Below are positions 26,628 through 34,252 of a stretch of 64,000 bases of DNA, piece by piece. A program made the position numbers and the translations under genes. Source of the DNA: Paludibacteraceae bacterium (lineage in GTDB: Bacteria; Bacteroidota; Bacteroidia; Bacteroidales; Paludibacteraceae); assembly GCA_045641065.1 (NCBI GenBank), contig JAZUGF010000013.1, positions 1,045 through 65,044 on the forward strand. The letters run 5' to 3'. The first letter of the stretch is position 1, and every line of letters begins with the position of its first letter. Below the pieces are notes generated by a model. That model was not told the DNA's origin and ran no database searches. It worked only from the letters and a program-made list of their open reading frames with translations.

Positions 26628-29600
26628 ATGAATCTAAAGAAATTATTTTCTTACTCGACGTTATTGATGTCGACTATTTCTTCTGCTTTTGCACAATGTA
26701 TTGTGGCAGGGACAGATTTCGAGACAAACACTGAACTTTGTTGCCCAGTATTGACATCAGATGCGGATGGTTGGTATAATGCCGACCTTGACAAAAATGA
26801 ACTTTGCGATAAACATACGTTTGCGGCTTTATCATCTGCGGCTCAGATTGGTATAGGAGGTAGATTCTTTACAGAGAGTAATGCGGATATGTCTACTGTT
26901 GATGATGTCTTTCACACGCGTGTTACTGCTGATGGAAAACCAGCACAGTATGGCTATTCTACAATCACTGCTCAACCAAAACTTATACATCCATTCTTCA
27001 AGGCAAATAAGGAGGCAAACAATATGTTTGTGAATGTTGGTTCTGCTGATAATTGTGTGATATTGTCTTATACAGTTATGGGGTTGGAGCCTGGTTCTTT
27101 GGTTTATTTGTCATTTACATTACATAATTTGCTTGATCTTACATATTTTGAACATCTTATAAATAATGAAGGTGTAAAGAATATGAAGGATTATATATAT
27201 GGATATGATTATAACAGGGGATCTGTTATGGGCAATGTGTTGAAGTTTAATGTTGCATCAAGTGATGGTAATGTTGAGTTCATGACAGCTTATAATAATT
27301 CAATCCGAGCAAATAACCCTACAATTGCGACTGTAGAATATGGAGACAAAACAGTTGTGACTCACAAAGCAGTCGTGCCAGAATCTGGAAATATAACATT
27401 CTATTTCTATCGTTCTTATGATTGTGGTTTGATACCTGTAGGAATTGACGATATTCGTGTTGAGGGAACTATTAAACCAACTCTTTCTTCTTTTGGTATC
27501 CCATGCCCACAACAGCCAATCCGTGTGAGCACAAAACAAAACTATCCTGAGGGAACAATGTTCTCTTGGAAAGAGACTGTCACTGGAAAGGTGTCTACAG
27601 AAAAGGACTTCTATTTCATTCCAGATGCAGCAGAGACAGATTACTCTGTGAGTTGTAATGTCACACTTCCTGGATGCACCCCAACAAAGTCTGATCCATA
27701 TACAATCCATTCTGGTACATGTTGTACTACTGCTGATGGTACACCAATGGCAATGGCATACTTATTCTATGATGACTTCGGTAATTTCGTATCTGATGAC
27801 GTATACGAGTGGACTGACAGATATGGAGTGACTCACACAGAGGGAATTCCTGTTGGTCAGGTTCACGATGCACAGTCTGTTGGGGCTAATATTCCATATG
27901 TAAAGGCATATAATATTGAGGAGAGTGGAGCAAAAATGGCGGTACCATTCCTTGCTCCTGGAACCATTCCTAGAGGAGATATGGGTTTTAAATCTCAATT
28001 GTATGATCATGGCGTGTATGTTGTCTCAAGGGCCGGAGCTTATCCAGGAGGTGTGATATACGACAATTCCGGCACAACAACTGGAGGTATGCTACAGTTT
28101 GACCTTCTTGAAGATGGCAGTCAGGATGACTTCTTTGAGATGGAATTTGATAATATTTGTTCTGGCAAAGAGGTCACGTTTGGTGTTGACGTGGCATCAA
28201 TAAGTGAACGCTCATCTCATATTGAAATATCATTGGAAAGAGATGGTTCGGTAATTGCTTCTAGCAGTGCGATTGTAAACGGAGGGAGTGGTTGGAAATC
28301 ATTAAGAGAAAGTGTTGTCATTGATGGACTTTCAGATTCTCCATTAAAACTGAAAATAAGATATTTAGCTGAGAGTCCTAGATTTGATGGTGGAGAGATT
28401 GCTATAGATAATTTGTTCTTATCAGTCTGCACTGCTCCTGATGTGGTGTTGGAATCAAATCTTTCAGCTGCAGAATTGCTTGATTTGTGTACAGATATTC
28501 CACTTACTTTGAATACAGTCGTGTCCAATTCCGCATTGTATTTTTATGGAAAAAATGTTGGATTCTTATTCCAATATACATACTTTGATCCTTCTACTAC
28601 TGATGCAGAGATGATAGACTGGAAGGATTTGAGTGATATTCAGCAAGATGGAGAATTCAGCATTTCTTCGCCTGCTATGCATCCTGCATTTGAGCCATTG
28701 GTTTCAGGTATGGCAGACCGTATATATTTCCGAGTAGTTGTTGGAGATATGGAATATTTGACACAAGGACGTGAGGTGTGGGAACATCAGAATGCTTTTT
28801 CTCCTTGTCGTGCGGTTTCTTTCTCCTCAATTCCAGTTGTGGCAGGATTGAATTGTCCTTTACCTGCTCCTGAGACAACAGATGTCACTTACTGTGTTGG
28901 TGACGTAGCGACTCCACTTAGTTCGTTAGTAAAGATACCTGATGATTATCCTGATGCAGAATTGAAATTCTACCGAGATAAAGAAAATAAAAACTATACT
29001 TATGGTGCAGAATTGATTTATAATCCATCTCATGAGGGTAGAGACACATATTATGTCAGCTATGTAGTTGACGACCAGGAGAGTGAGCTTGCAAAAATCG
29101 ATATCACAGTAGAAGGAGTAATTACGCCAATTGTGAAACCTATCGAATATCTGATGAGCGAGGGTAAAAATGGTTTTAAGAAGCCGACAAGTCAGGATCC
29201 AGGTGCTATTATTTCTGAACCTAATTGCACTCTTCATTGGCTAGATTTAAACATGAATGAAATCTTTGAAAGCGATATCCAATTAATTTATGATCCTGAA
29301 GTAGATCACGACATGTCGTACATGTTTCATGTTTATCAGGAAAATGAAAAAGGATGTAGAAGCTATTTAGCAAAAGTACCTATCGTCGTAAAGGCAGATG
29401 ATAAGACATCTCTATCTAATGCGACTGCAAACACTGTTACAATCACACCAAATCCTGCGTCAACAAAGATCAGCGTGGTTGCAGAGGGTGTAATTGAGAA
29501 GATAGAGATTCTAAACACTGTTGGTAAAGTTGTAAAGGTAAGCGGTAGCAAGGAGATAAACATTGCCGACATGCACAACGGTGTTTATTTCGTCCGTACT

Positions 29601-29648
29601 ACTATCGACGGAGAGACATCTGTACACAGACTTGTTGTCAACAAGTAA
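26628..29648 (+). CDS. Large secreted protein of unknown function with a T9SS C-terminal sorting domain
   Basis: Signal peptide (…SSAFAQ). Two modules end in the strands IDDIRVEG and IDNLFLSV, as seen in jelly-roll/MAM-like domains. C-terminal …GVYFVRTTIDGETSVHRLVVNK. The ATG at 26628 is preferred over the TTG at 26601. Confidence 0.65.
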   Translation: MNLKKLFSYSTLLMSTISSAFAQCIVAGTDFETNTELCCPVLTSDADGWYNADLDKNELCDKHTFAALSSAAQIGIGGRFFTESNADMSTVDDVFHTRVTADGKPAQYGYSTITAQPKLIHPFFKANKEANNMFVNVGSADNCVILSYTVMGLEPGSLVYLSFTLHNLLDLTYFEHLINNEGVKNMKDYIYGYDYNRGSVMGNVLKFNVASSDGNVEFMTAYNNSIRANNPTIATVEYGDKTVVTHKAVVPESGNITFYFYRSYDCGLIPVGIDDIRVEGTIKPTLSSFGIPCPQQPIRVSTKQNYPEGTMFSWKETVTGKVSTEKDFYFIPDAAETDYSVSCNVTLPGCTPTKSDPYTIHSGTCCTTADGTPMAMAYLFYDDFGNFVSDDVYEWTDRYGVTHTEGIPVGQVHDAQSVGANIPYVKAYNIEESGAKMAVPFLAPGTIPRGDMGFKSQLYDHGVYVVSRAGAYPGGVIYDNSGTTTGGMLQFDLLEDGSQDDFFEMEFDNICSGKEVTFGVDVASISERSSHIEISLERDGSVIASSSAIVNGGSGWKSLRESVVIDGLSDSPLKLKIRYLAESPRFDGGEIAIDNLFLSVCTAPDVVLESNLSAAELLDLCTDIPLTLNTVVSNSALYFYGKNVGFLFQYTYFDPSTTDAEMIDWKDLSDIQQDGEFSISSPAMHPAFEPLVSGMADRIYFRVVVGDMEYLTQGREVWEHQNAFSPCRAVSFSSIPVVAGLNCPLPAPETTDVTYCVGDVATPLSSLVKIPDDYPDAELKFYRDKENKNYTYGAELIYNPSHEGRDTYYVSYVVDDQESELAKIDITVEGVITPIVKPIEYLMSEGKNGFKKPTSQDPGAIISEPNCTLHWLDLNMNEIFESDIQLIYDPEVDHDMSYMFHVYQENEKGCRSYLAKVPIVVKADDKTSLSNATANTVTITPNPASTKISVVAEGVIEKIEILNTVGKVVKVSGSKEINIADMHNGVYFVRTTIDGETSVHRLVVNK

Positions 29649-29673
29649 AGATAGACGTGTTATTCGAATAATT

Positions 29674-29704
29674 AAGGTCGATGCGATTGCATCGGCCTTT
29701 TTTG
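29674..29704 (+). terminator. Rho-independent terminator (type shared with 30515-30546)
   Basis: AAGGTCGATGC-GATT-GCATCGGCCTT followed by TTTTT. Confidence 0.8.
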
Positions 29705-29801
29705 TTAAAAGATAGAATATGAAGCACATTTAGTAAATAATTTTATTATTTTTGTACTTGGATTTCAATATAGGAATATTAAAACTTTAATAAATAGCAA
29801 A

Positions 29802-30494
29802 ATGAATAAATTTTTCCGCTACTGGACAGCTCTTGCTGTCGCTCTAAGCTCAGTTGCATTCACTGCATGTGGTGATGATGATGACGATGATGAGGATAAC
29901 AATCCTTCTAAGGAGCAAACAAATCCTAACAACAATCCATCTAACAATCCTACAGACAACAATCCATCTAATGGAACAGAAGACAATAAGCCAAGTGCAG
30001 GTATTGTAGGAACATGGCTTTTCAATCCTAAAGAGAGTAAGACTATTGTTAATGGTGAAGTGTACGACAACGGAGGAGATGCAGAAGATGATGTCTTTGG
30101 AACAACAATTACATTCAAGGCAGACGGTACATTTGTATCTGATGATGATATGACAGGAAAGTATTCTTTGAATGGTAACGAGTTGACTATTGAGTTCGTT
30201 GAGGATGGTCAGACATATGTGATTAAGAAAGGTGCTGACGTTTCTGAGTTTATGGGTGACGTTCCAGAAGAAATGGAAGGAATGGAAGATATGGTGTCTA
30301 CTACTGTAGATGAGTTTTCTGCTGTAGTTTCTGGAGATAAGTTGACTCTTAAGATGAAGACTACATTAAAGATGAATTTGGGTGATCTAGGAGAACTTGG
30401 TGGTCTTGAGGACATGGGTCTAGGAGAACTTGGTGGTCTTTTGGGAGACTACACTGTTGTTACTGAGAGCACATCTGTTTTCAATAGAAAGTAA
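29802..30494 (+). CDS. Lipoprotein with an acidic N/P-rich linker and a lipocalin-like domain
   Basis: Lipobox …AFTAC, then a D/E run and NP-repeats. GTWLFNP…TITFKADGTF…KYSLNGNELTI resembles lipocalin-like lipoprotein domains. Confidence 0.6.
   Translation: MNKFFRYWTALAVALSSVAFTACGDDDDDDEDNNPSKEQTNPNNNPSNNPTDNNPSNGTEDNKPSAGIVGTWLFNPKESKTIVNGEVYDNGGDAEDDVFGTTITFKADGTFVSDDDMTGKYSLNGNELTIEFVEDGQTYVIKKGADVSEFMGDVPEEMEGMEDMVSTTVDEFSAVVSGDKLTLKMKTTLKMNLGDLGELGGLEDMGLGELGGLLGDYTVVTESTSVFNRK
30387..30440 (+). repeat. Perfect 21-nt direct repeat with 33-nt period inside the lipoprotein gene
   Basis: CTAGGAGAACTTGGTGGTCTT at 30387-30407 and 30420-30440; an in-frame duplication of LGELGGL. Confidence 0.85.
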
Positions 30495-30514
30495 TATTTA
30501 TCTATATTGGTCAA

Positions 30515-30546
30515 AAAGGTCGACGCAATTGTGTCGGCCTTTTTTG
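30515..30546 (+). terminator. Rho-independent terminator (near-copy of 29674-29704)
   Basis: AAGGTCGACGC-AATT-GTGTCGGCCTT followed by TTTTT. Confidence 0.8.
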
Positions 30547-30550
30547 TTAT

Positions 30551-30576
30551 GTCAACGTTAACGTCATCGTCAACGT
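30551..30576. repeat. Hexamer array GTCAAC GTTAAC GTCATC GTCAAC (= ACGWWR units on the other strand)
   Basis: Read directly; lies 25-50 nt upstream of the aroK -7 box. Confidence 0.85.
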
Positions 30577-30600
30577 ATATGATATTATCCAAAAAAAGTG

Positions 30601-30608
30601 TAATTTTG
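30601..30608 (+). promoter_or_regulatory. -7 box (TAatTTTG) of aroK
   Basis: Consensus match 24 nt upstream of the ATG at 30632. Confidence 0.4.
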
Positions 30609-30631
30609 CACCGTCTAATTATAAATTGATA

Positions 30632-31132
30632 ATGAAGCGTATATTCTTGGTGGGTTATATGGGTAGCGGTAAGACTACCTACGGCAAGATGTTGGCCGAG
30701 AAGTATAACTTGGATTTTAAGGATTTGGACGTGTATATCGAGCAGCGTCAGTTCAAAACCGTCTCTCAGATCTTCAAGGAGAAGGGAGAGGAGGGCTTCC
30801 GTCAGATTGAGCGTAACATGCTTAAGGAAGTCTCTGAGTTTGAAGACGTTGTGATCTCTGCTGGAGGTGGAACTCCTTGTTTCTTTGATAACATGGAGAT
30901 CATGAACGCTATGGGCGACACTGTCTACCTTGAGGCATCTCCAGAGGTGCTTTTCGATTATCTACGCACTGCTAAAAACGAGCGTCCACTTCTTAAGGAT
31001 AAGACCGACGAGGAGATGCTTGAATATATCAGAGAGTCTCTTTCAAAGAGAACTCCTTTCTATGAGAAAGCTAAATACCGTGTCGACGCGAGAAATGTCG
31101 ACTGGAGTCTTTTCGATAAACTATTGAAATAA
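30632..31132 (+). CDS. aroK: Shikimate kinase
   Basis: P-loop GYMGSGKTT, D-x-D (FKDLDVYIE), and size ~166 aa. Confidence 0.9.
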   Translation: MKRIFLVGYMGSGKTTYGKMLAEKYNLDFKDLDVYIEQRQFKTVSQIFKEKGEEGFRQIERNMLKEVSEFEDVVISAGGGTPCFFDNMEIMNAMGDTVYLEASPEVLFDYLRTAKNERPLLKDKTDEEMLEYIRESLSKRTPFYEKAKYRVDARNVDWSLFDKLLK

Positions 31133-31146
31133 GAATAATTTATATA

Positions 31147-31250
31147 GGCTTTCCAAAATGAGGATTGTTAAGGGCGGAACGCCCTAACCCCTCTCTTTTA
31201 TGCGAGCCCGAAGGGCGAGCATTAAGAAAGATAGGTTGGATAGCGTATAT
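31147..31250 (+). repeat. Structured intergenic repeat, copy A
   Basis: CCAAaATGAGGATTGTTAAGGGC-hairpin-GCCCTAACCC…GCGAGCCCGaAGGGCGAGC…TTGGA…CGTATATA; a second copy lies at 41758-41880. Confidence 0.8.
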
Positions 31251-31289
31251 AAAAAATCAAAATAATACGAATTTATTAAATACCATTAT

Positions 31290-33086
31290 ATGCAGGATAA
31301 AATCATAGTTCTGGACTTCGGTGGTCAGTATGCCCACTTGATAGCAAACAGAGTGCGCCGTTTGGGTGTATTCACAGAGATATTGCCTCCTACAGCTGCA
31401 GTTGAGGAGTTCGCAGGAGCAACAGGTATCATCTACAGTGGTGGACCATCAAGCGTCTACGCAGAGGATGCTCCCGACTACAATCCTGAAATTATCAATA
31501 TTCCAGTGCCAAAACTTGGTATCTGCTACGGTCACCAGTTGATGGCTTCTCAGCTTGGTGGTTCTGTTCGTCCAGGTAAGGTGAAGGAGTATGGTATCGC
31601 TGACCTACTTTTGAAGGAGGCACAGCACCCACTTTTGAAGAATATCCCTGCGTCTTCACCAATGTGGATGAGCCACGGTGACGCAGTTGAGAAATTGCCT
31701 GAGGGTTATAAGATCATCGCGTCGACAAAGGATTGCGAGATCGCTGCAGTTGCTCTTGATTCTCGTAAGATCTACGGAATCCAGTTCCACCCAGAGGTGA
31801 CTCACAGTAAATACGGAATGCAGATCCTTGACAACTTCATCGACATCTGTGGATGCAAGCGTACTTGGAACATGAAGAGCTACATGCCTCTAATCTCTGA
31901 GAAGATCAAGAGAGAGGTTGGCGACAGAAAGGTATTCCTACTTGTATCAGGCGGTGTGGACAGTACAGTCGCATTCGTGCTTTTGAACCGTGTATTGGGC
32001 ACTGACCGTGTGATGGGTCTTCACATCGACAACGGTATGATGCGTATGGATGAGTCAGCTAAGATCATTGATTTCTTGAAGGCTGAGGGTATGAATAACC
32101 TACGCGTTGTCGACGCTACAGATTCATTCTTGAGCAGACTTGAGGGAATCACTGCACCAGAACAGAAGCGTAAGATCATCGGCGCTACATTCTTGGTAGT
32201 AAAGGACGAGGAGATGGCTAAGCTTAACCTTGATCCAAAAGAGTGGATGATCGCTCAGGGAACTATCTACCCAGATACAATCGAGAGCGGTGGCACAAAG
32301 AACGCTGACCTAATCAAGACTCACCACAACCGTGTTAAGGAGGTTATGGACTTGATGGCACAGGGCTTGCTTCTTGAGCCATTGGCTGATCTATATAAGG
32401 ATGAGGTACGTATGTTGGGAGAGGAGCTTGGTATTCCTCACAACCTAGTATGGCGTCACCCATTCCCAGGACCAGGTCTTGGTGTTCGTTTGCTTTGCAC
32501 AGACGGCAAGGGAGAGTTTGCTACTAACGCAGACGTCCCAGGACTAGCAGAGTATTTGAAAGAGAATAATATCGACGGTAAGGTGCTTCCTATCAAGAGT
32601 GTAGGTGTGCAGGGCGACGGTAGAACATACGCACAACCATTCTTGCTTACAACTAAGAACTTGACTTGGAAGCAGTGTGAGAAATTCTCAACTGAGTTGG
32701 TTAACCGTTTCAAGGTGATCAACCGTGTGATCTGGCAGGTAGGTAGTGTAAGCGACGAGAATCCAAAGTTGGTTGAGCAGTACGCTACAAAGAACCACTT
32801 CGATATCCTTCGTAAGTTTGATAACATCTGTACAGAGTTCTTGCAGGAGAACAACCTATACGAGTCAATCTGGCAGATGCCAGTAGTATTGGTTCCGCTT
32901 ACAGTACAGGACAAGCCATGTATCGTAATGCGTCCAGTAAACTCATCAGAGGCTATGACAGCAAACTTCGCAGAGATCGACCAGAAACTTCTTGAAGGAC
33001 TTTGGGGAAGATTCGTTGCAGAAGGAGCAGGTTCATTGTGGTACGACGTTACACACAAACCTCCTGGCACAATTGAGTGGGAGTAA
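31290..33086 (+). CDS. guaA: GMP synthase (glutamine-hydrolysing), long 598-aa form
   Basis: GATase domain (LDFGGQY, CYGHQ, HPE), ATP-PPase SGGVDS, and HPFPGPGLGVRLL. The C-terminus is extended and ends KPPGTIEWE. Confidence 0.9.
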   Translation: MQDKIIVLDFGGQYAHLIANRVRRLGVFTEILPPTAAVEEFAGATGIIYSGGPSSVYAEDAPDYNPEIINIPVPKLGICYGHQLMASQLGGSVRPGKVKEYGIADLLLKEAQHPLLKNIPASSPMWMSHGDAVEKLPEGYKIIASTKDCEIAAVALDSRKIYGIQFHPEVTHSKYGMQILDNFIDICGCKRTWNMKSYMPLISEKIKREVGDRKVFLLVSGGVDSTVAFVLLNRVLGTDRVMGLHIDNGMMRMDESAKIIDFLKAEGMNNLRVVDATDSFLSRLEGITAPEQKRKIIGATFLVVKDEEMAKLNLDPKEWMIAQGTIYPDTIESGGTKNADLIKTHHNRVKEVMDLMAQGLLLEPLADLYKDEVRMLGEELGIPHNLVWRHPFPGPGLGVRLLCTDGKGEFATNADVPGLAEYLKENNIDGKVLPIKSVGVQGDGRTYAQPFLLTTKNLTWKQCEKFSTELVNRFKVINRVIWQVGSVSDENPKLVEQYATKNHFDILRKFDNICTEFLQENNLYESIWQMPVVLVPLTVQDKPCIVMRPVNSSEAMTANFAEIDQKLLEGLWGRFVAEGAGSLWYDVTHKPPGTIEWE

Positions 33087-33156
33087 TTGAAAATGCTGAA
33101 TGCAAAATCATAAATGCATAATTAGAGGTGTCTGATGAAGGCACCTCTTTTGTTTT
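33037..33156 (+). repeat. guaA 3' end plus terminator, repeat copy 1 (functional end of guaA)
   Basis: The last 16 codons of guaA, the spacer, and the hairpin AGAGGTG…CACCTCT plus T-run. Repeated at 34038-34155 and partly at 35412-35446. Confidence 0.9.
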
Positions 33157-33171
33157 GTGTTGTCTTTTTAG

Positions 33172-33179
33172 TACATTTG
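33172..33179 (+). promoter_or_regulatory. -7 box (TAcaTTTG)
   Basis: Consensus match 32 nt upstream of the ATG at 33211. Confidence 0.4.
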
Positions 33180-33210
33180 CGGACAAAGATGCTATAAGGA
33201 AATTTGATTT

Positions 33211-34032
33211 ATGAACAACACAGATTTTTGGGCAAGTATAAATGCTATTATAGCAGCAGGGTTTACTCCCGAAGGTCTGGCTATATTAGATGAATATGCA
33301 GACAAATTCACATGCGGAAAGCTTTTATATAAACGATTTTCACCGTCAGAACAGCATGGCTGCTCAACGGGAGGTTATGCACATGTCATTGCATCCTTAC
33401 TCGCGGGAGCAGATGTTGCAACAAATCTTGTCGTTGAAGGAAAAAACGATTTCCAAAGACAGTGCAAACGAGCAGAGACGCAAGCAAAATATATAGAGGA
33501 TTGGGCTCGTAAAGTAGGTTGCTGGATAGAAAACGTTGATACTACTTTAAGTGCCACCTTTGGAGAACAATTAACAGAGGGAGGCGAGGCTCATGTGTAT
33601 AAACATGGGGATTCCTTAGTGAAGTCAATAGGTCTTGATTATTTCATTGAACCAATTTTGGCACTTGATAGAATTTCTCTTCATAATGCGTATTTCCCTG
33701 AAACAGGATTGACCGTATTGGGGTTTGGAAGAAATGAAGAAAATGAATTCTTTATAGTGGTGGAACAATCCTTTATACAAGGCTCCCAAATGACCGACCA
33801 GGAAATAGCGGATTTCATGGATAAAATGGGATTCAAATTGATTAATCCTCGAAATTGGACGTATGCGACACCAGATATTTATTTGAGTGATATGCACGAC
33901 GAGAATGTAATCCGCTCTGCACAAGGTAATATTTTTGTTGTGGATTGTGATATACGAATCAATATTCCTGAATTACGTTGTGGTGGAATTAGGCAATTAA
34001 CTACAGAGGTTGAGTTCGCAAAAGAAAAGTAA
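33211..34032 (+). CDS. Atypical protein-kinase-fold protein (resembles the stand-alone kinase domain of polyvalent proteins)
   Basis: Glycine-loop-like EGGEAHVYKHGDSLVKSIG, catalytic-loop-like LSDMHDENV, and the metal-binding-like VVDCD; a ~110-aa N-terminal region is unassigned. Confidence 0.5.
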   Translation: MNNTDFWASINAIIAAGFTPEGLAILDEYADKFTCGKLLYKRFSPSEQHGCSTGGYAHVIASLLAGADVATNLVVEGKNDFQRQCKRAETQAKYIEDWARKVGCWIENVDTTLSATFGEQLTEGGEAHVYKHGDSLVKSIGLDYFIEPILALDRISLHNAYFPETGLTVLGFGRNEENEFFIVVEQSFIQGSQMTDQEIADFMDKMGFKLINPRNWTYATPDIYLSDMHDENVIRSAQGNIFVVDCDIRINIPELRCGGIRQLTTEVEFAKEK

Positions 34033-34037
34033 TATTA

Positions 34038-34155
34038 TGTGGTACGACGTCACTCACAAGCCACCAGGAACAATTGAGTGGGAGTAAGAAAATGCTGAAT
34101 GCAAAATCATAAATGCAAAATTAGAGGTGTCTGATGAGGACGCCTCTTTTGTTTT
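34038..34155 (+). pseudogene. Detached remnant of a guaA 3' end (16 codons plus stop) with its terminator, repeat copy 2
   Basis: Translates to WYDVTHKPPGTIEWE*, identical to the guaA C-terminus. All six coding differences from copy 1 are synonymous. The downstream spacer and hairpin are conserved. Confidence 0.85.
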
Positions 34156-34252
34156 ATGGAGATTATATGGAAGGAAAAAGAGAATATGGGACTATGTTTG
34201 CAATTATTAATTTTTTTTCGCTAATATTGCGTTTGGTTCTTGACTATTGATT

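Noticed and set aside
29872-29900. GAT/GAC trinucleotide run (encoding DDDDDDED) in the lipoprotein gene, considered as a phase-variable tract.
   Set aside because: The run is short and imperfect, and any slippage would be in frame. This gives no evidence for on/off switching.
31158-31187. Mini-ORF MRIVKGGTP* inside the structured repeat (MRIVKGPLLLFGP* in copy B).
   Set aside because: Frame preservation across the 12-nt insertion is suggestive. However, two copies are too few to separate coding constraint from chance. I kept it as a note in the repeat finding and did not call a CDS.
31133-31289. Possible purine, ZTP or other riboswitch upstream of guaA.
   Set aside because: The sequence does not match the conserved cores of the guanine/adenine or ZTP (pfl) riboswitches as I know them. 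The same element recurs upstream of an unrelated gene at 41758.
32456-33070. 204-aa minus-strand ORF inside guaA.
   Set aside because: It is fully antisense to a gene with unambiguous GMP-synthase motifs. Its product is low-complexity (S/P/T-rich), so it is a shadow ORF.
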